Of a stretch of DNA of 64,000 bases, positions 40,635-52,701 are shown piece by piece. The position numbers were made by a program, and so were the translations under genes. Position 1 is the stretch's first letter. Each line of letters opens with the position of its first letter. Source of the stretch: Gammaproteobacteria bacterium. Its GTDB lineage: Bacteria; Pseudomonadota; Gammaproteobacteria; Ga0077536. The notes beneath the pieces were generated by a model. That model was given only the letters and a program-made list of their open reading frames with translations. It did no database searches and was not told the DNA's origin. The DNA lies in the NCBI GenBank assembly GCA_963662545.2, contig CAXXLL010000003.1, positions 2,144,001 to 2,208,000 on the forward strand, given 5' to 3'.

Positions 40635-42187
40635 GCTCCACGTGGGTGTGGGTGGCCTTGATCAGATAAGAACCGTCGTCCCGTTTCGTCACGTTGTCGA
40701 GTGCAATGCGGGCACGGTGCCCAACCCGCAGCGGCGCCGTGAATCGCACGCGATCGAAACCGTAATACAACGGTGTCATCTCCTCAGTCGTCGCAAACGG
40801 TAGGTCGAGCGCTTTCCAGGACTCGAAAATTAAAGACAACAGATGCAGACCGTGTACAGTGGTGGTGCCCCATTGGCTGTCCTTGGCCCACTCGGGGTTA
40901 TTGTGTTTGACGTCCCGATCGCCGGTCAGAAACGAGAACACGTCTTCCGATCGCTGATCGATCGAGAACCAATCCGTTGTTCCGATCTCGGAGCCTAAAT
41001 AGGTGTTCCAAAAACTCGATCAAATAAAAAGAACTCAGGTGACATTCAGAGATCAGAGGTTGTATCGAGCAATCTACGTTCCCGAAAGAGGTCACCTGAG
41101 TATGGATAGTTTAGTGTCATTGACGCGCTCACAGAAACGTCGCTTTAAGCGGTTGATTCAACGCAGCGATAACGGGCGGGTGGTTCGCCGCGCTCAAGTC
41201 CTGTTGCAGTTAGCTTCAGGCGTCTCACCGACGGCCGTGTCACGCAGTTTGTCGGTCGCGCGTTCAACGGTTTATCGATGGGTCACGCAATTCCAGACCG
41301 CGGGTGAAGCCTTTCTCGAGGCGTGCGGCTCGGGCCGGCGGGCGTATACGGTGGATGACACCCTGTTGGAGACGCTCGCCGAGTTAGTTGAGCAGCCGCC
41401 CAGTGATTATGGCTACCTGCGCAGTACGTGGACGAGCGAGATGCTGGCCGAGACGCTGAATTCGTTGCTGTCACGGCCCATTCACGCCTCTACGGTACGT
41501 CGCTGGCTAGTTAATTTGGGATTCGGCTGGCGTCGTGCTCGTCCGACCTTACATCTGCGCGACCCACGGGCAGCCACGCGCCTGAAAGCCATTCATCGTG
41601 CGTTGTCTCGAGCCCCATCGGGGCATGAAGTGTTTTACGCCGATGAGGTCGATATCGACCTCAATCCCAAAATCGGTTTCCTTTGGTCTACTCAAGGTTG
41701 TCAACGTGCCATCCCCACGCCTGGGCAAAACCGGAAACGCTATCTGGCGGGCGCGCTGCACGCACGAACCGGTCGCGTTGCGTATGTCGAGGGCACACGG
41801 AAAAACAGCGACCTATTCCTTTGCCTGCTCGACCACCTGCGGCAAACTTACCGCGCCGCGCGTCGAATTATCTTGATCGTGGATAACTACATCATCCACA
41901 AATGTCGCTTGGCACACGTCTGGCTAAAGCACAATCCGAAATTCCGATTGCTGTTCCAGCCGGCCTATCAGCCCTGGGTCAATGACATTGAGAAACTCTG
42001 GAAACAGTTGCACGACAATGTCACCCGGAATCATCGTTACTCGACCATCGACCGTCTGATGGACGCAGTACGTGCCTTCATGCGTGCGGCAAGTCCATTC
42101 CCGGGAAACTGCCCGAGTGTCGCAAGATTTGGATCACCTATTTAGCTGTTCTGCTAAGTCGTCGAGCTGTCGAGCGCGTTGATCCAC
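40635..42187 (-). pseudogene. MaoC-family dehydratase interrupted by IS630 and 3'-fused to an IS1-like remnant
   Basis: Rejoining the flanks gives VDQRARQLDDLAEQL|GSEIGTTDWFSIDQ...TVHGLHLLSL...YGFDRVRFTAPL. Confidence 0.8.
40996..42144 (+). mobile_element. Complete IS630 element (transposase about 41102-42145)
   Basis: IRs taaataggtg(t/a)tccaaa with TA at both ends; FYADE, LIVDNY, NDIEKLW. Confidence 0.95.
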
Positions 42188-42249
42188 TTGTACATCCCTC
42201 CACCCTTCCACACCATCACCTAAACGCCGGGATCACCTTGTCTGCTAAG

Positions 42250-43054
42250 GGCATTGTCAGACTAACTGGATCGGACATACAGAACCTTCAGTTGAGGACC
42301 CTTAGGCTGCAAGTTGACGCCACTCGGCCAAAGCGGCGGAGCGATTGAGTTTGAAGTTCTCGCGGTTATAAAGATGACGTTCCTGATTGAAATGATTGTG
42401 GATCGAGGCGTGGGCGGCAGCAAACTTCTGCAGGGTCTTGATGTCCCTGAACCTGGCCATTGCCCCTTCCCGTCGGCGGAACGGTTGGTGTGAGTTTTCG
42501 GCTCTATTGTTGAGCCACTGACCGCAAGTCTGAGCGGCGGCATTGCCGATCACATTCATCGCAGCCCGGTATGATTTGAGCCGGTCCGTCACGATCACCT
42601 TCGGCCGGCCGTAGCGCTTTATTGCGCGTTTCAGAAACCTCAGTGCAGCCTTGCGATCCCGCCGTTTCGTGGCAAAAACTTCGAGTACCTCCCCTTCGTG
42701 ATCGAGGGCGCGCCAGAGGTAGTGTGTTTCACCGTTGATCCGGACAAACACCTCATCAAGATGCCAGCGCCAGTTCGAATAGGATCCATGATGAATGCGG
42801 CGTTTCCGGATCTCGGCTGAAAACAGGGGACCAAAGCGGTTCCACCCGTACCGCACCGTCTCATAACAAATGTCGATGCCCCGTTCGAACAGAATGTCTT
42901 CAACTTGGCGCAACGACAGCGGATAGCGGATATACAACATCACGGCGAGGCGAATGACCTCGGGAGAACTGTTGAAATAACGGAAGGGATTTCGCATCGC
43001 TTGAGGCTACGGAACTCCCCTTCCCCGCTCAAGCCGATTTACTCTGACAATGCC
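42250..43054 (-). mobile_element. IS6 family element with intact transposase (42302-42997)
   Basis: IRs ggcattgtcaga; WHLDEVFV, VTDRLKSY, NNRAENSH. Confidence 0.95.
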
Positions 43055-43319
43055 CGCTCAATGCTTGAGTGGAGGAGACGAGATAGGAGACACCCCTGTT
43101 TCGTCGCGGCCCTCGCAAGTGGGGCGAAAAATTTTCGCCCCAGCAGACTGGTTTGGTTTTGACGCCTCGACGTTGGAAGAAAAACGGGATGCCGGGTAGG
43201 TGGCATTCCCGGATGTTTCGGGCACAGCCTGATGAGCAATGCCTGATCCGTCTTTAGCTTGATCGGCACTACTTCATTGCATATGATTCCTATAGTTAAG
43301 ATGGATTTCAAGAAATAAC

Positions 43320-43718
43320 ATGAATAACTTCAAACACCCTCTCGCCGTGCGCGCGGTAGCGCACATGACCGCGCTCTGCCGGATGTTCGAGCGCCTCGCG
43401 AGCATGCCGCGATCCACCGGCACCTGGGAGCCCAGGACACCAGGCGATGTGGACTTGCGGCTTCAACTGCAAGGCGATCCGCCCCGCCGCATATGGCGGC
43501 GCTACTTTTACCTCGTGCTGGCGGTGATAGTCCTTGTGCTCGGGCTCGTCGTCGCTCACAGTGCGCGCGCCTATGCCTATAACGATTGCATGAGGCCCTA
43601 TGTCGACGGTTTTGCTTCGTATCTGGAAAGCGAAGACCTGAGCATGGGGCTTCAAACCCTCGATGGCGATTGCATGCTGGAACCGTCAGCGCCAACCACG
43701 AGGTCGGATGCTCCGTGA
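43320..43718 (+). CDS. Hypothetical single-TM protein, probably 3'-truncated
   Basis: TM segment YFYLVLAVIVLVLGLVVA; the end overlaps an rve integrase remnant. Confidence 0.5.
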   Translation: MNNFKHPLAVRAVAHMTALCRMFERLASMPRSTGTWEPRTPGDVDLRLQLQGDPPRRIWRRYFYLVLAVIVLVLGLVVAHSARAYAYNDCMRPYVDGFASYLESEDLSMGLQTLDGDCMLEPSAPTTRSDAP

Positions 43719-43831
43719 CGTTGAAATGCAAGGTCCGCCGGCACTCATGACTCAACAAGACAAACACAAACAATACCCGGAACGTCGCCGAAGGTACGGT
43801 GAAGAAATCCATCGAGATCAGCTCTCGGATG
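43690..43831 (-). pseudogene. rve integrase-core transposase remnant
   Basis: ISMDFFTVPSATFRVLFVFVLLSHECRRTLHFNVTEHPT. Confidence 0.7.
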
Positions 43832-44636
43832 GGCATTGTCAGACTAACTTGATCTGACCAGTAGAGCCAACAATCGAGGCCTTTTAAGCTGCAAGTTGAC
43901 ACCACTCAGCCAGGGCAGCGGCTCGGGCTTGTTTGAAAATAGCGCGGCGGTTGAGGTGGCGTTGGTGGTTGAAATGGTTATAGATCGAGGCATGGACGGC
44001 GGCGAATTTCTGTAGGGTCTTGATGTCTCTGAAGCGCGCCATTGCCCCTTCCCGCCTTCGAAAGGGCTGATGTGAGTGCTCTGCCCGGTTGTTCAGCCAA
44101 CGCCCGGTCTCTTGGCAACCTTCGTTGCCGAGCACCTTCATCGCAGCACGATATGACGGTAGCCTATCCGTGACGATCGAAGCCGGCCGGCCATAACGCT
44201 TCATCGTACGCTTCAGGAACTCAAGCGCAGCCTTGCGGTCCCGCCGTTTCGTCACAAAACCCTCAAGGACTTCGCCTTCATGGTCAACGGCACGCCATAG
44301 GTAATGTGTCTTGCCGTTGATGCGGACAAACACTTCATCAAGGTGCCAGCGCCAGTTCGAATAGGATCCATGATGAACACGGCGTGTCCGGATCTCCGCG
44401 GCAAACAGCGGACCAAAGCGGTTCCACCCATACCGCACGGTCTCATAGCAGATCTCGATGCCGCGCTCGAACAGGAGGTCTTCGACCTATCTCAGCGACA
44501 AAGGGTATCGGACATACAACATCACCGCGAAGCGGATCACTTCGGGCGAACTGTTGAAATAACGGAAAGGATTGTGCATCACCGGAGGCTACGAGGTCTT
44601 ACTTTTCAGCTCAAGCCCATTTACTCTGACAATGCC
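43832..44636 (-). mobile_element. IS6 family element; transposase 43884-44579 carries an early TAG
   Basis: Same IRs as 42250-43054; PLSLR*VEDL. Confidence 0.92.
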
Positions 44637-44987
44637 CCCTGGTTTATGGCAGGTTTGGAAAAGGCGATTGGATAAAAGAGTGTGTACTCCATCAAGACAA
44701 TCAACAACTGCTGTGTCAGTAGCCCATGAAAGACACCGCCACCGTGAATACTATAAGCCGTGTCCGTCGTCAGAATAAATAGGACAGTGTAGGCGGTTAT
44801 CTAACGGAGGCTTTGGCTCATCCTGATTGATGTTAAGCGGATTGCTTGTGATGAGCCAAGCGGCTTTTTGGATGGTCAGGTTTTTAATCTTTCTCTTTCT
44901 CTCAATGATGACGTGGTCCCGGCCGAAGCAGGTATCGGCAGGCGTGACGTTACCGATGCTCTCGTGATAACGGCGGTGGTTGTAGGT

Positions 44988-46189
44988 TGACCTTTCCCCC
45001 CAAAAGGTAGCCAAATTCGTTAGGAGATTTCCCACAAAATTGACCCAAGGGAGGTCTCGATATGAAGCGCAAGCGCTATACCGAAGAACAGATAATTTCG
45101 ATCCTCAAAGGGCACGAAGCTGGGATGCCGGCCCAGGAAGTCATTCGCAAACACGGTATCGCTAACGGCACGTTTTACCGCTGGAAGGAAAAGTTCAGCG
45201 GCATGGAGATATCCGATGCGAAGCGATTACGGGAACTCGAAGCCGAGAATGCAAAGCTGAAGCGGCTGCTCGCCGAGACGCTACTCGACAAGACCGCGCT
45301 GGAGGACGTTGTGCAAAAAAAGTGGTGAAGCCGGCACAGCGGCGCGCTGTCGTCGGCTATTTGCAGCAAAGGTATTCAATGAGCCAACGTCGAGCCTGTC
45401 GATTGGTGAAGCTCAGCCGCAAGTCAGCCGCTTATCAAGCGAAGCCTCGTAACGATCAAGCGCTCAGTGATCGACTCAAGACGCTCGGTGAACAGTATCC
45501 GCGTTACGGCTACCTGATGCTGCACGCAATGCTTGAATCTGAAGGCCTGGTCGTGAACCGCAAGCGTACCTAGCGGCTCTACAAGGCGTTGGGCATGCAG
45601 GTGCGCACGAAGCGGCGCAAGAAGCTCGCCCGACCCCGGATACCGATGGCTGCGCCGACACAGGTCAACGAACGCTGGTCACTGGACTTCGTGCACGATC
45701 AACTCACGCACGGCAGGCGGATCTGTATCCTAAACATCGTGGATGATTATTCGCGAACCTGCGTCGGCCAACTCGTCGATACTTCGATCTCCGGTTTGCG
45801 CGTCGCTCGCCGCTTGGATGAGCTTGCAAATAGTCGCGGGCTGCCAGCATCCATTGTCATGGACAACGGCCCAGAACTCACTAGCAAGGCGATGTTCTTT
45901 TGGTCGCAACGAACCGCTGTAAAACTTCACTTCATCCAGCCGGGCAAGCCAACGCAGAACGCGTTCGTTGAAAGCTTCAACGCCAGACTACGTGACAGCT
46001 GCCTCAACCAACACTGGTTCAAAGATCTGACCGCAGCGCGACGCATCATTTACGCCTGGAAGCATCACTACAACCATGAAAGACCACACAGCTCGCTCGA
46101 TTATCAGGCTCCTGCTGTATTCGAAATCAAAGCCGCCTGATACGATGTTTTATCTCCTAGAATCTGGCAACCCAACGGGGAGAAGATCA
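44988..46189 (+). mobile_element. IS3 family (IS407-like) element: orfA 45062-45328, A7G frameshift site, orfB with a nonsense codon at 45571
   Basis: Ends tgacctttcccc / ggggagaagatca; WSLDFVHD, DNGPELTS, QNAFVESFN. Confidence 0.92.
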
Positions 46190-46258
46190 GCGTCACCGTA
46201 CCTTGGCGCACACACTCCCACGAATCTCAAGTGAAAGGCATCGGAGAGGATTCCTCAT

Positions 46259-47425
46259 ATGACCGAGTACGCAAGATACGGGAAATGGGAGGTGATCGAG
46301 CCCATTGGCCGAGGTGGGCAGGGACAGGTTTATCTGGTTCGCGATGTGTCCGGGGCAGCAGATACAGGGGAACGCTGGAGGAAGCTACAGAAGCCGATCA
46401 CTACCCTGAACATCGCAAGCGAGCAACAGCGATATGAGGAGGCCGGTTCGCAACTTGCGGACGAGATTCGTCAGATTGTGAGTGAATCGCAAGCGCCGAT
46501 CGGTGCCCTCAAAAAAATGCTGCCCTTTGAAGATGGCGCAGCGGAAGATGAGGCAGCCGCTCTCGATCGGATGAAGCGGGAATTGTCAGTCCTCGAATCA
46601 GTAAGTCATCCGTCGCTCGTGAAGGTGCTGGACAGCAACCTCGACGAGAAGTGGTTCGTGATGGAGTACCTTGAGGGTGGGAAGTTGTCTGACCGTCTGG
46701 AGACCTACAAGGGGCGTGTGCTCGATGCGCTTAGGGCTGTCAGGCCGATTGTTGACGCGGTGTCTGCGTTCCACACCGCGAAGGTTGTTCACAGGGACAT
46801 TAAACCCGACAACATCTTTGTAGCGTCTGACGGGCATCTCGTTCTGGGTGATTGTGGCCTGGCGTTCAAGGTCGAGAGCCAGGACAGGTTGACGCTGACA
46901 TGGGAAAACGTAGGCACCCGCGACTTTCAGCCACCTTGGAGCTACACAAAGCGTTTGGCGGATGTGCAGCCAGCATACGACGTGTTCAGTCTGGCAAAGT
47001 TGTTGTGGGCAATGGTGTCCGGTCGCCCGAAGTTCGCCCTCTGGTACTTTGACAGTGAGGATAACGACTTGCGCCAGATGTTCCCGGATGAACCTGGTGT
47101 CCACTTCGTCCACAAAATCCTTGGGAAGTGCGTTGTGCAACAAGAGGACGAGACGAAATTGCACGACGCAGGTGAGCTGCTCGAAGAGGTCGACACTACA
47201 ATTGCGGCGCTGTCGCATGGCTGTCAGCTGCCGGGATGGAAGCGTAGGATGCGATGTCGGTTCTGTGGAATCGGCACATATAAAAAGTCACCTAGAGACG
47301 AGATCGCGGGAAACGTTAGGATAATGTACGAGCGAACCTATTTCGTATGTGGCCACTGCGGACACCTTGAGTCATTCGTCTGGCCGGACGGCAGTCGGCC
47401 GCCTGTTTGGGATGAGAGCAACTAA
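46259..47425 (+). CDS. Ser/Thr protein kinase with C-terminal Zn ribbon
   Basis: IGRGGQGQVY, ALKK, HRDIKPDNI, DCG in place of DFG, DVFSLAK; CRFCG...CGHCG. Confidence 0.92.
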   Translation: MTEYARYGKWEVIEPIGRGGQGQVYLVRDVSGAADTGERWRKLQKPITTLNIASEQQRYEEAGSQLADEIRQIVSESQAPIGALKKMLPFEDGAAEDEAAALDRMKRELSVLESVSHPSLVKVLDSNLDEKWFVMEYLEGGKLSDRLETYKGRVLDALRAVRPIVDAVSAFHTAKVVHRDIKPDNIFVASDGHLVLGDCGLAFKVESQDRLTLTWENVGTRDFQPPWSYTKRLADVQPAYDVFSLAKLLWAMVSGRPKFALWYFDSEDNDLRQMFPDEPGVHFVHKILGKCVVQQEDETKLHDAGELLEEVDTTIAALSHGCQLPGWKRRMRCRFCGIGTYKKSPRDEIAGNVRIMYERTYFVCGHCGHLESFVWPDGSRPPVWDESN

Positions 47426-47468
47426 AAGCCTGGCCCAGTAGCCGACCCCGGACGGTCAAGCTGAACTG

Positions 47469-47521
47469 TGTCAACGGCGGCGGGATTATGTACCGCGCGG
47501 CGGCGTAAAAATGTACCACGG
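47469..47521 (+). repeat. Isolated IS21-type terminus
   Basis: tgtcaacggcggc...atgtacc repeats; resembles the ends of 54245-56825. Confidence 0.7.
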
Positions 47522-49989
47522 TGTTGATTTGCACCGAATATTGACCCGGTATTTGCACTGAAAATTGACCCACCCGGATGAGCCGATTATGGCTCAGGTT
47601 TTGTTCTTTTTCTTAGGTTTTGTCTCCTTGTTGTTGGTGGTTGAGTTCTTGAGCCGATAACTGTCGTTGCCGGTCTCAAGGATATGGCAGTGGTGGGTGA
47701 GTCGATCCAGCAGTGCTGTTGTCAGCTTGGCATCGCCGAATACGTTGGGCCATTCCGAGAAGCTCAGGTTGGTGGTGATGATCAGGCTGGTCTTTTCGTA
47801 CAGTTTGCTCAGCAGGTGAAACAGCAAGGCACCGCCAACCTGGCTGAACGGCAGGTACCCGAGCTCATCGAGGATGAGCAGATCGACGTGCACCAGCCGG
47901 TTGGCCAGGCGTCCTTGCTTGCCGTTGAGCTTTTCCTGCTCAAGCGCATTAACAAGTTCAATGGTGGATAAGAACCGAACCCGGCGATGGTGGTGGATGA
48001 TGGCTTGCACGCCGATCGCGGTGGCGATGTGTGTCTTGCCGGTACCTGGGCCACCGATGAGCACGATGTTCTCGGTATCGTCGAGGAACTCACAGCGATG
48101 CAGGGACTTCACCTGGCTGACACTAATGCTGCTTTCGTTGAAGTCGAAGCCTGCGAGATCCCGGTGTGCCGGGAACCGAGCGATCTTCATCTGGTAGTTG
48201 ATGGAACGCACCTCGCGTTCGGCGACTTCGGCCTTGATGAGCTTCTCGAGCAGCTCGCCGGACTGCTTGAATGCCGGCGATCCCTGTTCGGCCAACTCTG
48301 TGATAGCGCCTGCCATGCCGTGCAGCTTCATCGACTTCAATGTGGTGACCAGTGTATCAACCGACATAATGATTACCTCTCAGGCTATCGTAACGTTCGG
48401 TGTTGGCGATCGGCTCGTTACTGAGACTTAAAGACGGTGGCGGCTCGAGGGCCGCCGGAGGCGGCGTGTCCAGTAATCGCGACAGTCGGTTGAGAATGTG
48501 GGTCTTGGAGATCACGCCGCTGGCAATGGCCTCACAGACAGCCTGTTCCACGAGCTTCTCGTCGTGGTGCAGCACAAGCGCCAGGATGTCGGCCATCTCG
48601 CGATCACCACCGTCGCGTTGACGCAGGACAGACCGCAAGCGCTGGAAGCTCTTTGGTAGCTCGGCAAACGGTGCACCGTTCCGTAATGCACCGGGCTTTC
48701 TCTGCACCACGGCCAGGTAGTGGCGCCAGTCGTAGACGGTTGTGCCCTTGCTGTTGTGATCGCGATTAAACACCCGGACATGCTCGGCAATGACCCTAGC
48801 CTCAGCCACCAGCACGATGCGATCGGCATAGGCTCGCATGCTGACGACGCGGTTGGCGAAGGCCGCCGGTACGCTGTAGCGGTTGCGTTCGAAGTGAATC
48901 AGGCAGGTTGGCGTAACGCGCTTGGTGAGCTCCACAAAGCCATCGAAGGGCGGTGGCATCACCATCAGCGCAGCACGCTCATCGTCGAACACCTCGGCAA
49001 CGGTGCGACCGTTCTGTTCCGGGTGCAAGACCTCGTGCCACAACGACTGGCAGCGCTCTTCCAGCCAGTCGTTGAGCTTGGCGAGGCTCGCGAACGCCGG
49101 TGCGTCCTGCAGCATGCGATGCCGGGCATCGCGAACGGCCTTCTCCACCTGGCCTTTCTCCCAGCCGGCGGCGGGGTTACAGAACTCGGACTCAAACAGA
49201 AAATGGCTGACCATGGCGCGGAAACGGGCGTTGACCTTGCGGTGTTTACCGCGACCGACCTTGTCCACAGCGGTCTTCATATTGTCGTAGATGCCGCGCT
49301 CCGGAATGCCCTGCAACACACGGAAAGCATGATTGTGGGCGTCGAACAGCATCTCGTGCGTCTGGGTCAGGTAGGCGCGAAGAAAGAACGCTCGGCTGTG
49401 GCACAACTTGAAGTGCGCCATCTGCAGCTTGGTCTTCTTGCCGCCAATGCGAATCCAGTCTTCGCTCCAGTCGAACTGGAAAGCCTCTCCGGGTGCAAAG
49501 ACGAGCGGCACAAAGGCACCTCGACTGGCGCGGCTCTCCCGTTCGCGCTCACGTTGTCGCCAGTCGCGGGCGAAGGCGGCGACCCGGTCGTAGGAACCAT
49601 CAAAACCCAGCGCCACCAGGTCGCGATGTAACTGCTTTAAGTTACGTCGTCGCTTCCTGTTGCGCTTGGCCTCGCGCTTCAGCCAACTCAGCAAGGTATC
49701 CACAAATGGATCGAGCTTGCTGATGCTCTTTCTGGCCGGGTATGCAGGCGTTACCTCACCGTTGGCCAGGTACTTCTTTATCGTGTTCCGGGAAAGCCCG
49801 GTTCGTCTTGTAATCTCTCTTATCGGTAGCTTGTCACGTCCGTGCCAGCGCCGAATAACACTCAATAAATCCACGTCTATCACTCCTTCATAACTCCTGC
49901 AGTCCAATCGCAGGAGAAGGGTTACACGTGGGTCATTTTTAGATGCAAATAATGGGGGCTAGTGGGTCAACTTTGGATGCAAATCAACA
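47522..49989 (-). mobile_element. Complete IS21 family element (istA 48357 to about 49880, istB 47594-48367)
   Basis: IRs tgttgatttgca; IstA FQFDWSED, YDNMKTAV, WEKGQVE; Ist[15 protein letters not shown]. Confidence 0.95.
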
Positions 49990-50534
49990 AGACCGAGGGC
50001 ACGGAGGCCTATACGGGAGACTATACCTACGGAAAGACGGGACCGAACACGGGACAGATCCAATTCGACTACGATGACGGTGATCGCTGTACATCGAGCA
50101 TCGCGTTCGACTCAACCACTACGGGCGTCGTCGCCTTCGCGTGTGATGACGGCGAGACGGGAACAACAAGCTGGCGGATCGTGGACATCGAGGTAGAGGC
50201 TACCGGGTTCGCGCCGGCCGATCAAACCGCGTTTGATACCCGCTTCGTCGGTAAGCGGGTGGAGACAAGCATATCGTTCTACCACGTGGACTTCGTCTCT
50301 GCCGGTCGTGTCAGCCAAGTCATCAGAGGGGAAGCCTCCGGGGGACGGTATACCTACGAGAAGACGGATGCGAATGCGGGAACGCTCGAGTTCTACTCCG
50401 ATGACACAGATCACTGTACCCTAGACCTTACCTTCGATTCAGCCACGGCGGGCACCACCGACGTCACTTGCGATGACGGAACAGAGTTATCACCCGTAAG
50501 CTGGCAGCTCGTAGATATTCCCGCGCCTGCGTAG
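49990..50534 (+). pseudogene. C-terminal fragment of a repeat-domain surface protein
   Basis: Two ~95-aa repeats, each G-YTY-KT--N-G...D-C---L-FDS-T-G----CDDG----W-LVDI; 5' part removed at IS21. Confidence 0.7.
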
Positions 50535-50884
50535 AGCTCCCGTCGCCTTCGGTAACCGATAGCTGCACGAATGCAGGGGTGTTCTTCACACTGAGTGTGG
50601 CGGTTACACGTAGGGCAAAGCTCGGACTCGCGCGGAGTTCATGTCCTGTCGCCGTGGAAAGACGCAAGCGTAACGTGCTCCCCATTCGTCCCTCATTCAT
50701 AACGAGAGTCTGTGGGGTTGATAATCATGGTGTTAACGGCGGAGGAATAATGCCTCACGCGAGGCGGCCGGGCGGTGCGGTCGCGGCGCCGCGAAATTGC
50801 GCCACCAATGGCGCCTTGTCGTTCGTGGCGAGGGGCTGAGTCATCATGAGGTGGCGTAGCGATACAAATTCTCTCCGTCGTTGG

Positions 50885-51135
50885 CAGTCGGGGCGAAAGC
50901 CGCCTATATCGAGCGCTTCGACGCCCGCTTCCGTGACGAACTGCTCGCCCGCGAAATATTCTTAAGCCTGCGCGTGGCGTCCATCCTGAGCGAATCATCG
51001 AAGAAACTTTACAATACCAGGCGGCTATACACCGCCTTGGGCGACCACCCACCGGGCCCGCAAACCATCGTTTCTATGGACTAAAGGCCGCTCATCCACT
51101 AACAATCAAGATGGACCACTCAACGGGGGCAGACG
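50885..51135 (+). pseudogene. IS3 3' remnant
   Basis: YIERFDARFRDELLAREIF...YNTRR; ends ggggggcag-like. Confidence 0.7.
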
Positions 51136-51138
51136 GAT

Positions 51139-51333
51139 TTGCGCTTATTTCGGGAGATGCCACAAGAAGAGCTTGCACACGTTTGTGGCTTTGATAGGAC
51201 TTATATTTCTTTGCTTGAGCGTGCTAAGCGTCAACCGTCACTGACTACAGTTTTCGCGCTAGCTGAACAACTCAACGTAAATCCTGAAGAAATCGTGAGT
51301 GAGACGAAGCAACGTTTGACACGTCGAAAATAG
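51139..51333 (+). pseudogene. XRE-family HTH regulator (C-protein-like), 5'-truncated
   Basis: QEELAHVCGFDRTYISLLERAKRQPSL. Confidence 0.8.
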
Positions 51334-51553
51334 ATACCAACGTGTGCCATTTCGCTGCCATCGTAAGATCTCGACTCTGTAGCAGAGTCTAATGCTTTGC
51401 TCTGAGATTTCGCGCCAAAACGCAAATGGGGCGTTCTGGCGTCATTTCTCTAATCGAGCATGCATCTCAGTTGCACTTACAGCGCACTTACGAGCATGGA
51501 AGCGTGCGAATTTGAGGAGCTTCGGAAATCGCCTAACTTATTGATCGGTAAAG

Positions 51554-51600
51554 GGTAGGTGTGATTGGAGTTGAACCAACGACCTCAGCATTGTAAGTGC
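51554..51600 (-). pseudogene. tRNA-Val(TAC) 3'-half remnant (att site)
   Basis: Reverse complement gca-cttacaa-tgctg-aggtc-gttgg-ttcaact-ccaat-cacacct-acc; no D arm or 5' acceptor strand. Confidence 0.75.
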
Positions 51601-51790
51601 GTTCGGCGGGTGTTACCCAGCGAACGGCAGAGCACGTCAAAGAAATTTAAAATGCAGTCAAACAGGGTCTCATTATCGCCCGAACACATTGAGAGACCAA
51701 CCCCACCCAGGTTGCCCGGTATGGCAAATGGTTGCACCTCGGCCCTTGGTGATACGCTTATTGCCAACCACCACCAGGGGGAGAATTACC

Positions 51791-52570
51791 ATGCGTGTCC
51801 CGCCACTCGAAGAGTATGCAAAGAAATACGAGCACATTCAGTTCCATCGTGAAGACGGCATTTTGCAGATCACCATGCACAGCGACGGCTCCGACCTCGT
51901 GTGGGGATTCCCACCTCACCAGGAGCTCGGATATTGCTTTGGTGACATTGCGGCCGATCCCGAGAATAAAGTCATCGTCTTCACCGGCTCGGGTGAGACG
52001 TTTATAGACAAGGAAGACCTCGGCGGCGGTGCGGTCGAAGCCAATGCCTGGGGCGCGCATGTGCTGCCGGACGCAAAGCGGCTGCTCATGAACCTGCTCG
52101 AGATCCAGGCACCCATGATCGCTGCGGTGAATGGGCCGGCAACGGTGCACGCTGAGCTGGCGCTGCTCTGCGACATCGTGCTCGCGGCTGAGCACGCAAC
52201 GTTCCAGGATGCGCCGCATTTCCCCAGTGGGCTCGTGCCAGGCGACGGTGTACACATCGTCTGGCCGATGCTGCTTGGGCTGAACCGCGGGCGCTACTTT
52301 CTGATCACCGGACAGGTGCTCTCGGCCGATGAAGCGCACGGGCTCGGCGTGGTCAACGAGGTCATGCCGCACGAAGACCTGTTACCACGGGCGTGGGTGC
52401 TCGCGCGCAAAATTCGCCAGCGCCCGGAGCTCACGGTGCGCCTCACGCGTGAAGCGATCCTGCAGCAGGTCAAGCGCGCCATGCTCGACCACCTGCCTTA
52501 CGGACTCGCGCTCGAAGGCCTTGCGGCCTGCGATTACTGGCCGCAGGATTTCGCTAGGGAGCAGCTCTGA
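51791..52570 (+). CDS. Crotonase-family enzyme, 6-oxocamphor hydrolase-like
   Basis: [37 protein letters not shown]. Confidence 0.88.
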   Translation: MRVPPLEEYAKKYEHIQFHREDGILQITMHSDGSDLVWGFPPHQELGYCFGDIAADPENKVIVFTGSGETFIDKEDLGGGAVEANAWGAHVLPDAKRLLMNLLEIQAPMIAAVNGPATVHAELALLCDIVLAAEHATFQDAPHFPSGLVPGDGVHIVWPMLLGLNRGRYFLITGQVLSADEAHGLGVVNEVMPHEDLLPRAWVLARKIRQRPELTVRLTREAILQQVKRAMLDHLPYGLALEGLAACDYWPQDFAREQL

Positions 52571-52701
52571 ACGATGGCCTGCGACGTGATCGCTCCCACG
52601 CGTCAGCGGTGACGCCATTCAGCTCAGCGGGAGAAGTGTTCCACGGCAGCTCCTGGCCGAGCCTGTGTGATCCTCAATCAAAATGCGATACCGCTTATTG
52701 C

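Noticed and set aside
51554-51600. Functional tRNA-Val
   Set aside because: No D arm or 5' acceptor strand; the anticodon stem pairs over only 3 bp.
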